From: Saprolegnia diclina VS20
Taxonomy: Eukaryota
DNA length: 64,000 bases
Direction of reading: 5' to 3'
Assembly (NCBI RefSeq): GCF_000281045.1
Contig: NW_008246092.1
Coordinates: 325,637 to 389,636, forward strand
Notes under the pieces: model-generated
The model's input: only the letters and a program-made list of their open reading frames with translations
Database searches by the model: none
What the model was told of the DNA's origin: nothing
Shown: in pieces, positions 26,143 to 39,317 of the stretch
Position numbering within the stretch: position 1 is the stretch's first letter
Layout: each line of letters begins with the position of its first letter
Program-made: the position numbers and the translations under genes

Positions 26143-26878
26143 CTTGGTGCTTTCGACGGCCGAAATCCACAACTGGGATGCCGAAAGGCAACCTCGGACG
26201 CTTTTTAGCCAATCGGTGGCCGGCACCGAGAGTGGGACGGACGCCACACGCGGTGTATGCACCGTGATTTTCACGTGAAAAACTAGTGCCAGCGACTTGC
26301 ATCGCCAAGGGCGTCGCTGCATGGGTCGCATCCTGCTATTCCTAGCACTGCTGCTGTGCTGCATGCGACGATGGCGAGGCGAGAGGCGGTGACATCACTC
26401 GCGATATGGTTGACGTCGACGAAGAAGATGGAGATGCGAGATGTGAGGTGCAATGTGTGTGCGACGACGCCGACCTTCACTGGGCGATGCAGATAGATAC
26501 GCTCCGTGCTCGCTCTTTGGTTGCAGGATCACCGGTGCCCTTGCTTCTTTGCGTCTTGTGCGCGCCGTCGCCAAGTGCCAAGAAGCCGAGACGCAGGGGC
26601 GCGCGTGGAAATGCGAATCTGATTCGGGCCAGGCAGAGGTGGACGCGCCTGTCGCCGGCGTGGACGCGCTAGTGTAGTGGGCCACGTCGCTTTCTCGGTG
26701 TTCTTCACCGCCTTCTTCACGGTGGGAATTCCAGTGCAGTACCCAGGCGCATGATGGAGGTACACGATGGGGTGGGTGCAAGCGCACTTGCCCGCCACCC
26801 GCTTGGACGTTTGGCGCCGCGATACACAACACAGTGGATTCTTATTCAAGTTCTTCAATTTCTTTCCTCATTGAGATC

Positions 26879-29178
26879 TTAGTTGGTGAAGGTGGCGCCG
26901 AGGGCCCAGCCCATGTACGCGTAGATGTCGGCGGCTTCTTCGAGGATCTTCTTGGTCGGCTTGCCCGCGCCGTGGCCGGCCTTGGTCTCGACGCGGATGA
27001 GGAGCGGGTTCTTCTGCTCTTCGTGCTGGCCGAGCTGGTGCTGGATTTCCGCAATGAGCTTGAGCGAGTGGAGCGGCACGACGCGGTCATCGTGGTCGCC
27101 CGTCGTGAGGAGCGTCGCGGGAAAGCCGCCGTGGTCGTTGCGGAGGCGGTCGCACGTCTCGAAAGTCGGCACGTTGTGCACCGGCGAGTACTTGACGAGG
27201 TACTCGAACGCCTCGGGCTCGTCCGGGTTGCCATAGTCGGTCGTCCAGCCGTGGCCGACCGTAAACTTGTGGAAGCGCAGCATGTCCATGACGCCGACCG
27301 CGCCGACCGCGCACTTGTACAGGTCCGGGCGCTGGTTGGCCGTGGCCGCGACGAGGAGGCCGCCGTTGGAGCCGCCGTGGATCGCAATCTTGGCTGGCGA
27401 CGTGTAGCCTTGGGCGATGAGGTACTCGGCGGCGCCATGGAAGTCATCAAACACGTTTTGCTTCTTCTCAAACGTGCCGGCCTGGTGCCACTCTTCGCCG
27501 TACTCGCCACCGCCGCGGAGCGTCGGGAGCGCGAGGATCCCGTTAAAGTGCTGCATAAAGACCGTGCGCGCGGCCGAGAAGGTCGGCGTCAGCGACACGT
27601 TGAAGCCGCCATAGCCGTAGAGGTACACGGGGTTCTTGCCATCGCGCGGCAGCTCCTTCTTGGAGACGACAAACATCGGGATTGGCGTGCCGTCCTTGGA
27701 CGTGTACCAGACTTGCTTGGCCTCAAACCCGTCCGGCGAGAAGCCCGGCACCGTCGACTCGCGAAACACCGCCGGCGTGCTCGTCGCCGGGTCGGTCAAG
27801 TCCTCGCGGAAGATCGTGCCGGGGTAGAGGAATGAGGTAAAGTGGAAGAAGAGCTCGGGCGACGCGCGCTTGCACGAAATGCCGACAGACCCGACGCTCG
27901 GGAGCGCAATGTCGCGCACGAGGGCGCCCGACTGCGTGTAGATGCTCACGAGGCTGCTCGCGTCCTTCATGAACTCGCAGATGAGGAGGTCGTCGCGGAT
28001 CGGCGCCGCGGCTTCCAGCACGATCGCGCCTTCGGGTTCGGGCACGACTTCGTCCCAGACAAGCGGCGACGCCGTGTAGTCGGCGACGCGGATGATGCGG
28101 TTGCGCGGCGCGTCGAGGTTGGTGAGGAAGAAAAGCTCGTTGCCGTTGTTGAGGAGGTAGTTGTAGCTAAAGTCCATGTTGTCGACGAGCTTGTGGAACG
28201 CAAGCGGCGTCGCGTTGTCCGCGACAAAGTCGCCGAGCGGCGCGACGTAGAGCATGTTGGCGTTCTTGCAGCCGTCCGAGATGGTGACGAGGAGGAGCGC
28301 GCCGTCGTCCGAGACGGTCGCGCCCAAGTAGTACTTGGGCTTTTCCGGGTACGAAAAGATGAGCACGTCGTCCGTCTGCGGCGTGTTGAGGCGATGGTAC
28401 CAGATCTGCTGGTTCTCGTTCAGGTCCGTCTCCGTGCCCGCCGACTTGTCGTCGGCGACGGTCTTGGGCGCCGGGTACCGACCGTAAAAGAAGCCCTGCA
28501 GGTCATTTGTGAGATGGGAAGAGGATCGACGGCTGGTACCTTGTCGTCGCTCGTCCACGCAAAGTAGCTAAACTTGACCCACTCGAGAACGTCGTCGAGG
28601 TGCTCGATCGTGCCATCCGGGTGGATCGCGATGATTTTGACCGTCTGCCAGTCCGAGCCGCCCTTGGAGACGCCGTACGCAAAGTAGAGCATGCCCGAGT
28701 CGGTCTTGGCCTTGGAGAACGTGCGACCGCTGAGCGCGGCCGTGCCGTCTTCGGCAAGCGTGTTCGGGTCCAGAAGCACGCTCGGGTCGCTCGTGAGCGT
28801 GTCCTGCATGTAGAGCACGGCTTGGTTCTGGAGGCCGTCGTTCTTGTAAAAGAAGTACCGCGACCCGTGCTTGGCCGGCGACGAGTACTTGGCGTAGTTG
28901 AAGAGCTCCGTGTTGCGCGCGAGGAACTCGTCGCGGTGGGGCACGGACGCAAACACCTTTTGGGTGCACGCGTTCTGGGCAGCGACAAACGCCTCCGTCT
29001 CGGGGCTGTCCGGGTCCTCGAGCCAGCGGTACGGGTCGGCGACCGTGCGGCCGTGCAGCACGTCCGTGTGGTCGGAGCGGAAGACCGTCGGGTACTCGAA
29101 GGAAGAAGCCATGGCTTGGAGGCGGCGAATTGGGAAATGACGTGTAAGTCGACGGACGACGAGCAACCTGGGAATCAT
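26879..29178 (-). CDS. PREP: Prolyl oligopeptidase (S9A), with possible N-terminal transit peptide; 2 exons
   Basis: DPYRWLED, LYGYGGFN, RGGGEYGEEWH, catalytic GGSNGG, DHDDRVVPLHSLK, AGHGAGK. Confidence 0.95.
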
Positions 29179-29611
29179 CTTGGAACGGCAACTTGCACTT
29201 TGTAGAAAGGACGCCACAACATTGGAATATCGAAGTTCGAAGTACATACGGTCCTCTTATTGGCCAATGGCGGCTTGTAAAACCACTTCGTCTCGCCGTT
29301 TGGCACGACGCTGGGACCCACGATGACGCTCCTCATGGATACCGGTACACTCCATGCGTGTATAGAAGAGTGTAGACAACCGTCGTTGCCCGAGCGCCGA
29401 GTCTCCGCAGTCGGTACGCGGCGCAAGGCGTTGTTCTCGAAGCACACTATGTCAAAGTGCGAAAATGCGTTGAAGGGCCAAGATCTACGCTCGCCACGGC
29501 GCGCGCTGCGATTGGCCGAATATCGTGGCATCCGGTCGTGCGCGCCGTTGATTGGTCCTCGATAAAGTGCTACTTCAAAGAAACGGTCGCGCGCTTATAG
29601 CCACAAGCGCG

Positions 29612-31388
29612 ATGCCAGCCGCCGCCGCCGTACGTTTGCCATTGCGTTGACGCGCGCATAAGATCTGAGTCATTAGGAGCCGTCGCGAGTCTTGTTTGTC
29701 GACCACCTGGGACCGCAGGTCCGCAGTGCCCACGTCGAGCAGCTCATCTCCCAGTTTGGTGTCGTCGAGCGCGTGATTCTGCTCAAGAAGAAGTCAGGCC
29801 CGCATGCCAAGGCGACGCAGAACGCACTCGTGCAAATGGAGTCGCTGCAGGATGCGACGGCTGCCTACGACGCCATCGCGGCCCATCCGCTGCGGCTCTA
29901 TGGCCTCACGATCGCGGTCTCGTACTCCAAGAGCCAAGAATTGAACGTCGCGCGCACGCGGAGTCGCAGCCGGTCGTCGTCGTCGGCCGCCAAGCCGGCA
30001 GCAGGAAGCGACGCGCCCAGTCCTGCGGCGGAAATAGCCCGCGACCCGAACGAGGTTGTGAACCGCATTCTGCTCGTGACGGTGCAGCACCCGCTGTACC
30101 CGATCACGACCGACTTGATCGGCAAGATCTTCAGCATCTACGGCATTGTGGAGAAGATTGTCCTCTTTAGCAAACCCGTGGGTCTTCAGGTGGGTGCGCG
30201 TATTACCTCCAAGAAGGATCTACAACCTGTGGGTAGTGCCTCGTGCAATTCGCATTGGCCAAGGACGCCGAAAGCGCCAAGGACACGCTGGACGGCGAAG
30301 CCATTTACCCCGAAAGCTGCTACATGATCATTAGCTACTCCAACCTCACGGTTGCCTCTATCTCTCAACCGGTGCTCATGGCAACGGCGTAGGACCTGGT
30401 CGTCAAAGAAAATAGTCTCAAGACGCGCGACTATACCAATCTGACGCTGCCGGTGCCCGTGATGGACACGGCGATCAACGCGCCGCACGCCGCCGTGCTG
30501 CACTCGTTCCTTCCGTTTACCGCTGCAACAACAGCCGCCACAACACCGACGAGTCACGCCAACAAAGCATCGCGGACCCGAAGCACGAGCCACAGTGACC
30601 GGTCCAGCGTCAGCGCCGACGTAGCAAATCCCGCAGACGCCATCGGGTCGCCCGTCGTGCTCGTGTGCAACCTTAAGCGATCACTGACGTGCGATCACAT
30701 CTTCAACCTCTTTTCGTGCTACGGCAACATTACGCGGCTCAAGAAGCTCCACGCCAAGCCGGTATGGTTTCTTAGACCTCTGGCGGACGAAGGCTGATGT
30801 CCTTGGGTAGGACCATGCGCTCATTCAGTACGCGACCGAGACCGCAGCGGCGCTTGCAATCACGCATCTTCGCGGCGTCGTGCTTGCCGGTCGCGCCATG
30901 GATGTTCGCGCGTCCAAGCACCTGTCCATTTCACCGTCGCAGCCCGACCAAGACGAGTACATACACAGCATATCTGATGGCATATACCAATGGGGTGGAG
31001 TAGGAACACGCATGCCAAGGAGTTTAGCAGTACCTACAACCGCTTCACGGGCAAGTACGCCAACTTTACAAAGCACATTTACAGCCCGACGCGCGTCCTC
31101 CACGTCTCCAACTTTGGCGCGTCTTTGGACATGGAGGTACGCGTTCGCTTCTCCTGCACGCGACGGCTCCCGTTGGCTGTTGATTAGAGCCTGCAAGCGC
31201 ACTTGCGTACGCTCGGGTCCCTCGAGACGGCCAAGTGCAAGACCTTTACGAACGCCAAGGGCCATCCGCAAGTGCTTCTCGAGTTTCCGTCGACCGACCT
31301 CGCGATCAACCTGCTTTCATGCGCCCACAACTCGAGCTTTGACGGTCGCATGCTCAAGATTGCGTTCTCGCGCAGCACTCTCAATTAG
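29612..31388 (+). CDS. Polypyrimidine-tract-binding / hnRNP L-like multi-RRM protein, multi-exon
   Basis: EPSRVLFV..QNALVQM; RILLVTVQHPLYPITTD..YGIVEKIV; FNLFSCYGNI; IYSPTRVLHVSN; LKIAFS. Confidence 0.8.
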
Positions 31389-31823
31389 CTCACACACGCT
31401 TAAGCTCCTCAAACCACCCATCCTACCTTGCCTCCTTTCTCTTCCTCGTCGTGGCATCGCGTCGCGGAGGCTGCCACGTGGAGTCATGTTGACGAATCGA
31501 GGATGTGCCATGGAGCGAGTGGCCACCAAATTGCCGCCGAGAGGCCACGATATCCGCGCGGACGCCGGCAGAGCGCAGCGAGGACGGCGTCTTGTGGCGA
31601 CGACGGGCGACGAGCTGCAGTGGGGAGCGGTATCTTGTGCAGACCAACAACTGATTGGGCAAATCTTTGGGCGGGCCAATCGGCGGTCGCCAGCAACGAC
31701 CAATCAAACGCGACGCAGCAAGCGGCCCTTGGGTACCGCTCGATCTGATTGGCGGACGCGGTTCAAGCTGGCGGATCCCTACTGTTTGCGTGGTGCTGCT
31801 CACTTTGCCGTTTACAACCAGAG

Positions 31824-33531
31824 ATGGCCAACGCGTTCGAGGTCGACGACGTCGAGAGCTTCCGCGCCAGAGGCGTCGACGGCGCCATGGACCTGCTCCT
31901 AAGTCTTCCGAGCCGACCGGGCAACGTGCTCCCGCCCACCAAGCAAGACACGCGCGAGTCGACGATCAAGATCATGCAGCACTACATGCGCCGCCTGCGA
32001 ATGGACATCACCGACCTCTCGGTGATTCACATTGCGGGCACGAAAGGCAAGGGCTCCACGACTGCGTTCACCGAGAGCATCCTGCGGGCGCATGGCGTCC
32101 GGACCGGCATGTTTACGTCGCCGCACCTGATCCACGTCTGCGAGCGCTTCCGCATCAACGGCAAGCCGATCCCGGAGGCGACGTTCTTGACGCACTTTTG
32201 GGCCGTCTGGGACGGGCTCTATGCGACCAAGGTACGCCACTAACCGACGGCGTGCGCTGAGGCAGTGGCATAGGACCAAGCGACGGACGAGCCGCCGATG
32301 GCGGGCTTCTTCCGCTTCTTCACGCTGCTGGCGCTGCGCATTTTCGCAGCCGAAGCCGTGGACGTGGTCATTCTCGAGGTCGGGCTCGGCGGTCGTCTGG
32401 ATGCGACCAACGTTGTCCAGCGCCCGGTCGTCTGCGGCGTCACGACGCTCGACCTGGACCACACGCGCGTGCTCGGCGAGACGCTCGACTTGATCGCGCG
32501 CGAGGTACGCTTTGCGCATCGCTTCGGTCATTCTCTACTCTATGGGTGCGTAGAAAGCGGGTATCTTCAAGCGCAATGTACCCGCCTTTACGATCGCGCA
32601 GCCCGAGATCGCAGCTTCGATGCTCGAGCGCTGCGCGGTGGAACACGGGAACCCGCTGTTTGTCGTGCCGGCGCTTCCGTCCTTCAACGTAGACGTCACG
32701 TCGCTCGGCCTCCACGGTACACTCGCAGCATCGAAATCATCTCGTCTTACACGCTGCATGACACCGCAGGTGACTACCAGCACGTGAACGCGGCGCTCGC
32801 CATCGTCTTGGCGACCCAGTGGCTGCAGCGCAAGAACCCGCTGCCGCTGCCGCCGGCGTACCCGACGCTCGCGACACCAACGGTCCTCGCAGGCCTCACA
32901 TCGGCGTTTTGGCCGGGCCGCGCGCAGACGATTCCGGACCCGAACTCGACGACGACGTACTATGTGGACGGCGCGCACACGCCGCTGAGCATGCAGTGCT
33001 GCGGCGCGTGGTTTACGCAAAACGGCGCCAAGCAGCCCACGGAAACGCGCATCTTGATCTTCAACTGCCACCACGAGCGCGACATTGTGGCCATTTTGAA
33101 GCCGCTCCTGGCGCTCTCGTTCGACCACGTCATCTTTACGCCGTCGCGGTCGTGTCGCCCAAGCATCGTCAAGGTACGGCGCGACGTACGTTTGGGTCGA
33201 GAGTTCATGGATGCAATAGATTCCGAGTGTGCAGGAAGCGCTGCTCAAGGCCGGCATCGCGATCGACGGCGTCCCTCCCTCGGTGTTTGACATGACCAAC
33301 TGCCCGCCCAACGGCGACAAGCAGTACTGGCAGTTCATTTGCTCCAAAGTGTGGACCGCCCTGCACAACGGCCGCGCCGCGTCCAAGACGTCGATTTGCC
33401 ATTCTGTCGAGGACAGCATCGCATTAATCCGCTCGACCACTCCCGCGCACGCGCGAGTGCTCGCGACGGGATCGCTCTACATCGTCGGTGACACGCTCAG
33501 CGCCCTTGGTTGGACCGAGCAACAACACTAA
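31824..33531 (+). CDS. FPGS: Folylpolyglutamate synthase, multi-exon
   Basis: IHIAGTKGKGST, FTSPHL..ERFRING, EVGLGGRLDATN, WPGRAQ, DGAHT, TGSLYIVG. Confidence 0.94.
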
Positions 33532-33643
33532 CTTGCATACCGCTACGCCAACACGGTTTCCTGTATCGTTTCGCGTTGAAACAGAATTTCATACAGAATC
33601 CAAGGATTGTTTCACCGTTCGAGAAACAGTGGCAAACAGTGGC

Positions 33644-35644
33644 ATGATGGCAAGCCGCGTGCTCACCGACCCGTCGCTACTCCGGCTCCTCCTCGCGTAT
33701 CAAGAGGGGCTCTATGAGGATGTACGGGATCGACTGGCCGACGCCATGTACCACGTGCGCCTTGACGACGACGGGCGCTACTACCACCTGTCCAATGTTG
33801 TCGAGCCCGTCTCGACCACACGAACGCTCTTCTTGTCGCTGCCAGCGTACGACTTTCGCCTCCCATTGCATTGGACCATCGTCGAAAGTCGACTGCGCCT
33901 CCTTACGCGCATTGCCGCGTGTCGACCGCAGCTGTTCACGCGCGATGCACTGTACTGCGCTGTGGCCAGCGGCGACATGGCCATCGTCGCCTACTTGTGC
34001 TCGTTGGATCTCGCGCCAGGACGTCTCACGGAGCCGCTCCTCGATCTGGCTGTGTCCCACGGCAGCATTGCGCTGCTGGATCAGCTGGTCGATGCTGGCT
34101 TCAGCCGCGCGAGTCCGCGCGCAGCTGCGCTCGCCGCCGAGCTCGGCCACAAGGACGTGCTCGAGTACCTCGCGTCTCGATCATGCGATGTCACCCAAGC
34201 GGTGGCTACTGCTGCTGCGCGCGGCTTTTTCGATATCCTCGTCTCGTTGCACGCTTGTGGCATCCGTGGTACGTCGCCGGCCGTCGTCGATGGCGCCGCC
34301 ATGCACGGCCACGCCAACGTCGTGGCGTATCTGCTTCAGAACGGCGGATACACGAATTCGGCGACGGCATGGACGCTGGCCGCCAACGACGGCCACTTGC
34401 GCGTACTTCAGCAGTTGCATCACCATGACGCGCCCCACTGCTCGAGTAACGCGATGGACTATGCAGCAACCGAAGGCCACTTGGAGGTGGTCATGTTCCT
34501 GCATTCGCACCGCGACGAAGGCGCAACAACGGACGCGATCGACGGTGCGAGCGCCAACGGACACCTCGCCGTGGTGCAGTACCTCTGCGCCAACCGCACG
34601 GAAGGCTGGACCCACCGCGCGCTGGACGACGCCGCCGGTGGTGGCCACCTCGAGGTCGTGGGCTTTCTCCTGCAGTGGGAACCTCCGGCCGTTAGTCAGC
34701 GCGCCGTGACGCAGGCGGCTGCCAACGGCCATGCAATCGTGCTGCGGCACCTTCTTGCTGCACCGCTGCAAGGTGTCTCTGCAACAGTGGCGGCTGCCTG
34801 TGCTGCGGCCGAGCATGGTCACCTCGACGCGCTTCAAGTACTCTACGCATATCGGCAGTCTGGCTGGAATTCCAGCGTGTGGTTTGCGGCCTTTGCCCAT
34901 CACGACGTGCTGGCCTTCTTGTTGACGCACGCACCCGAGTGCGTCGACGCCGACGCGTCACTGGTGCCAAAAACGCTCTCAATGCCGGTTGCGCGGTTGC
35001 TGCAGAGTGCTTTCGGGCACCAGCTCCAACTCAACTTGCGTCAGGACTACGTGGGCGTGCTGGCTATCTTCCCGAGCTATCCATGGTGCGAGACGACGAT
35101 GCGCGAGGCGATTCGCAGTAGCAATGTTGCCATGGTGCGCTACCTGCACGAGCACTACCACGACGACGTGTGCGACAGCGATCGTCTGGCAACAGCAGCG
35201 TCCGTTCCCGGCAACACGGATGTATTCTTGTACCTCCTCCAGCACTGCGTACGTGCGACGACCTCGGAGGCCGTGTGGATCGAGGCAGCGCGTTATAGCA
35301 ACCTCGCCATCCTCGAAGCGTTGCATGCAAACCAGTGCGTTGGCGCCACACCGGCCGTGATGGACGAGGCCGCCCGCGTCGGCGCCGTTGACGTGCTTCG
35401 GTTTCTGCACACCCACCGGCGCGAAGGCTGCTCGACGCGCGCCATGTTTGATGCGATCACGTACGGCCACTGGCGTGTCGTGGCGTTTCTGTGTCGATTT
35501 GGCGAGCGCGGCGTGTCGAACGAAGCCAGTTGCCGCAACATGGAGATCGCGATCGAAGCGTTCGATCCCGAGTGGACGGAAGCGCGCTTGGACGACGTGC
35601 TCCCGCTCTTGCAGAAACGCCTCGCCGCGCTCCGACCATCGTGA
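33644..35644 (+). CDS. Oomycete-type degenerate ankyrin-repeat protein (intronless)
   Basis: Repeated AMDxAAxxGHLxVVxFLHxHRxEG units. Confidence 0.85.
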   Translation: MMASRVLTDPSLLRLLLAYQEGLYEDVRDRLADAMYHVRLDDDGRYYHLSNVVEPVSTTRTLFLSLPAYDFRLPLHWTIVESRLRLLTRIAACRPQLFTRDALYCAVASGDMAIVAYLCSLDLAPGRLTEPLLDLAVSHGSIALLDQLVDAGFSRASPRAAALAAELGHKDVLEYLASRSCDVTQAVATAAARGFFDILVSLHACGIRGTSPAVVDGAAMHGHANVVAYLLQNGGYTNSATAWTLAANDGHLRVLQQLHHHDAPHCSSNAMDYAATEGHLEVVMFLHSHRDEGATTDAIDGASANGHLAVVQYLCANRTEGWTHRALDDAAGGGHLEVVGFLLQWEPPAVSQRAVTQAAANGHAIVLRHLLAAPLQGVSATVAAACAAAEHGHLDALQVLYAYRQSGWNSSVWFAAFAHHDVLAFLLTHAPECVDADASLVPKTLSMPVARLLQSAFGHQLQLNLRQDYVGVLAIFPSYPWCETTMREAIRSSNVAMVRYLHEHYHDDVCDSDRLATAASVPGNTDVFLYLLQHCVRATTSEAVWIEAARYSNLAILEALHANQCVGATPAVMDEAARVGAVDVLRFLHTHRREGCSTRAMFDAITYGHWRVVAFLCRFGERGVSNEASCRNMEIAIEAFDPEWTEARLDDVLPLLQKRLAALRPS

Positions 35645-36313
35645 TATGCTCAGCTCAAAGCAGACGATGGTCAGAGCGCAAGACAAATCGCCGAGCGCAT
35701 CGAGTGAAATCATAACTACACACTGTCGAATGCTGTCATTGACTAGCGACTAATACCATCTGAAGAATAGTTATACCTCCAAACCTACCCCACCACTCAT
35801 ACCTTGTTCTCTGTAGCTCCCACTTGGGCAATAATAACGCGTCGGTCCTCCCATCCACTTGAAGCGTCGCGCGGCGGTGCTCCCGGCCTATACGCTACAC
35901 GTGAGCTACGATGGCGCGCACTGTGCGTAACCCCTCGCATTCCTACGGGGCGGCGGGAGAGCCGCGACCGCTTGCACAATTATTTGTCAAATATATATTT
36001 ATGGCCATGTAGACCCCAGCGAAAAGCATCATCGAGGTGCTATGGTGACGAAGCCATCGTCGTCGTCGATCGCTGCTTGACAAGCTCCAGGTCGTTCGAT
36101 CGCTCGATCTTTGATTCGGAGGTCCTCTAAAAACGAATGCTGATTATAAACTTGTCGTTACTCACCTGGCCAATACAATAGATATATTCAAATGACCATA
36201 CCAAAACGAAGTATATGTTGCGCAATTTAATCCGATACCGGTTGCGAGAGAAGCGCCTTTACAAAAACCCGCTCTTTGCAGCGTGTTGGCGGGACGCAAT
36301 TTGGAGTTTCGCG

Positions 36314-37537
36314 ATGAAGGCGTCGAGCTTACTCTTCGTGGCTCTGGCCGCGGTGAGTACGAATCACTGTACGTCCTCGAGCTACCCAAGGTGGCTTGGC
36401 ATAGCTCACGCGCATGCAATAGATGGAGTCGATGCGCAGGCCATCTGCAAGCAGCGCACGTGCACGACGGACACGGGGCTCTTTTGCGACCGAGCGCTCC
36501 AGACGTGCCCCGAATGCATGGGCGCCGACTCGAGCACGGGCACGACTGTGTGCAAGCCAACCAACTTTATCGGCACCTGCAACGTCGTCGGCATTGGTGG
36601 CTTTCAAAAGTGCGGCAAGTACACGCCACCGAGCTCGGGCTCTGGCTCCGGCTCGGGCTCTGGGGGCATTACGCCCAAGCCGACGACCGTCAAGCCGACG
36701 CTTGCGCCGACGTTGGCGCCTACGACGCTGGCCCCGACGACGACAGAGCCTGTAGTGACGACGCTTGCGCCGACGACAACGCCGACGGCCACGACCAAGA
36801 AGCCGACCTCGACGACGCCAAAGACAACGCCCGCGACGACGACGAGCTCGTCGTCCGGCTCGGGGGCGACGCCGACGCCGACTGCAACGCCGTCGAATGC
36901 TAACAACGCGCACCCCAACTCGACGACCGACTCGGGCATTAACTGGGCTCTTTATGGTGGGATTGCCGGGGGTGCCGTCGTCTTGATCGCGGTTGTTCTG
37001 GTTGTGGTCTTGAAGATGAACAACCGCGACGACGATGACGACGATGAGCCGTACAAGCCGACGGCACCGGCGACGAGCCAGAACTACACGAGCACTGCGG
37101 CGGCCACGACGTACGAAGGTGGCAGCGCTGCTGTGGTTGCAGCCAACCTCCGCGCGCAAATCGACGGTCAGAACCAGCCACAAGCGACGTACAACCCGTA
37201 TGGCAACAACAACAACAACCAGTCGCAGACCTACAACAACTACGGCCAGCAACCCCACGACAACTACAGCAACCCGCAGTCGTCGTACGCCCAACCCAAC
37301 CAATACAACAACACCAACAACCATGGGTATGCGCCTGCCCAGCAAGACTACACGGCCGTCTCGGTCGCGCCGGCGGCCAAGCCCCGCAGCGACGTCACGC
37401 ACTCAGACGTCTGGGGCAACGTGCCGTCGAGCTACCAAGACGGCACACCGACGGCCAAGAACAAGCTCGCCCACCCGGCGCCGACCCATGCCAGCGACGT
37501 GCGCGACAACGAGACGCGCCTCTCGGTTGAGTTTTAA
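36314..37537 (+). CDS. Type-I membrane mucin-like protein 1 (signal peptide, Cys-rich head, P/T stalk, TM, acidic patch, Tyr/Asn/Gln-rich tail)
   Basis: MKASSLLFVALAAV; 8 Cys in head; PTTLAPTT stalk; TM GGIAGGAVVLIAVVLVVVL; ends RLSVEF. A probable in-frame intron starts at 36357. Confidence 0.8.
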   Translation: MKASSLLFVALAAVSTNHCTSSSYPRWLGIAHAHAIDGVDAQAICKQRTCTTDTGLFCDRALQTCPECMGADSSTGTTVCKPTNFIGTCNVVGIGGFQKCGKYTPPSSGSGSGSGSGGITPKPTTVKPTLAPTLAPTTLAPTTTEPVVTTLAPTTTPTATTKKPTSTTPKTTPATTTSSSSGSGATPTPTATPSNANNAHPNSTTDSGINWALYGGIAGGAVVLIAVVLVVVLKMNNRDDDDDDEPYKPTAPATSQNYTSTAAATTYEGGSAAVVAANLRAQIDGQNQPQATYNPYGNNNNNQSQTYNNYGQQPHDNYSNPQSSYAQPNQYNNTNNHGYAPAQQDYTAVSVAPAAKPRSDVTHSDVWGNVPSSYQDGTPTAKNKLAHPAPTHASDVRDNETRLSVEF

Positions 37538-38174
37538 ACCGACGCAAACTGCTTTCCCCTTAACGTTGACGTGGCGTGTGTCTTGTGAATCGATATGAAT
37601 CGACGCGTTGGTGGGTACATACCACCTTGGTCCAGCTGCGACTGCTTCGCCACATCGTAATCTCAGTGCTGTCGCTCCCATCTTCGCGAATCTCTTGCGA
37701 CTGGCAGTCGATCCTCTTCGTACACCTCGACAGATTGCATGCATCAATCGTAGCACGCTGCTGCGCACGTGCAAGCAGCCTCGAGGTATGAAGTGGCTCG
37801 AGCCATGCCCACCACCAGTGCCAAGTCCGAGTTGCGTGCAGGGTCCCTGCCGCCCAGGTTAGCCGAAGCGTTAGCCGCGCCAAAGATCCGCTGAAATCGC
37901 CGCGGGCCGTGGTATTCCACCCGTTGTCCAAGCTGGGACAAACCTCGACGCGCTTTGTTGCAGTACGTTTTGCCCACGCGATGGTTTTTCCCATCGAAGT
38001 TCGCACTTGCGCCACGGCGCGGGCGCGTAGTTCGAAGCTGGGGCACCCAAGGCGCGTAATAAAATATGATCGTGCAACATGCGGTTTGTATACGGATTTG
38101 GATTTCCGCATTGTATTGCTGACCTGAAGAAGCATTGCACGCTCGCCAAGTTTTCAACTTGGTCCTCGAAGCGC

Positions 38175-39317
38175 ATGAAGGTGGTTGCCCTGTCCACGCT
38201 CGCCGCATGTAAGGCTTGGCTACATGGGCTATGGCTCATGATGATGTTGATGGTGCTAGGCGTGGCGCTGCAGACGACGGCGGCAGTCGACTTGTGCAGA
38301 GAGACCGTCCAGTGCAAGCCACCCGGAGACGATACATGCTTCCTCGTCTCCGGGGACTGCCCGCCATGCCTCGCCATCTCCCCGTCGCCAAGCGGTCTCC
38401 GTCTCTGTGTGGCTACAACGACACTCGGTATGTGTCCACTTGGCTACGTCTCGTGCAATGGCTCGGCTACCAGCATGCCACCGCCGACAACGCAGCCCGG
38501 GACCACACCGCCGCCGACGTCGGCGATCCCATGGACGACGACGGCGCCCGTACTGCCTTCACCGACAGTCACCTTTCCTACAAGCGTCTTACCGCCGGTC
38601 ACTTCGCGACCGGCCGCCACGTCGCCCATCGTCACGACGAGTGCAACGACGACGAAATCTCCGGAAGGACCGGCTACTTCGGCACCGCTGGCGCCTTCAA
38701 CGACTGCGCCTCTGAACTTACCCACCAGCACCACCGCGTTGTCGCCGCAAGACTATAACGAGAGCTCGACCCCGACAACCAACAGTACGAGCACGAGGAA
38801 GGACACGGCGTCGTCCAACAGTGGCCCGTCGGCGAGCTGGACCGCCGCGTTCGTTGTCGGCGGCGTCGCTTTGGCTCTTTTGCTCATCTTTGTCGCTCGC
38901 AAGTACCGCAAGTCGCACGAAGATGACGACGACGACAACGACGCGTGCACCCCGGATGCACCGCTCACGTTTACGGGCCACTCGAGCTTCCAGCCCATGC
39001 AGCGTCTCCGCACGACAGGCAGCGAGGACGAGCCGGTGCCCATGATGCCGCCGATGCGGCCATCGGCCTTCTCCAAGCCCAACAACGACTTTGTCGCGCG
39101 CACGTCGTTGCGCAACTCGGCAGCCGACACGCCGCCGCGCGCGTCCGTGGCGTCGTCGATGGACTTTGAGATCAACGCCGTGCCATCGCCCGTGTACACG
39201 GACTCGTCGCGCGGCCACTCGGCGGTCGACCTCTGGGACGAGATGCCGATTTTGATCAGCCAAAAGCAAAGCCGGATGCAACCCACCACCAACGACGACA
39301 ACAGCGTGACGCTGTAG
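38175..39317 (+). CDS. Type-I membrane mucin-like protein 2
   Basis: Intron 38209-38259 restores signal peptide MKVVALSTLAACVALQTTAA. 8-Cys head, P/T/S stalk, TM FVVGGVALALLLIFVA, EDDDDDND, ends DNSVTL. Confidence 0.8.
   Translation: MKVVALSTLAACKAWLHGLWLMMMLMVLGVALQTTAAVDLCRETVQCKPPGDDTCFLVSGDCPPCLAISPSPSGLRLCVATTTLGMCPLGYVSCNGSATSMPPPTTQPGTTPPPTSAIPWTTTAPVLPSPTVTFPTSVLPPVTSRPAATSPIVTTSATTTKSPEGPATSAPLAPSTTAPLNLPTSTTALSPQDYNESSTPTTNSTSTRKDTASSNSGPSASWTAAFVVGGVALALLLIFVARKYRKSHEDDDDDNDACTPDAPLTFTGHSSFQPMQRLRTTGSEDEPVPMMPPMRPSAFSKPNNDFVARTSLRNSAADTPPRASVASSMDFEINAVPSPVYTDSSRGHSAVDLWDEMPILISQKQSRMQPTTNDDNSVTL

Noticed and set aside
26283..26858. Several short ORFs on both strands between the FN3 gene and prolyl oligopeptidase
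   Set aside because: No consistent ATG or splice model and no motif; left as intergenic.
36630..36900. Short tandem nucleotide repeats (ggctcg/ccgacgacg)
   Set aside because: Explained by GS and PTT low-complexity protein sequence; not a CRISPR array or satellite.
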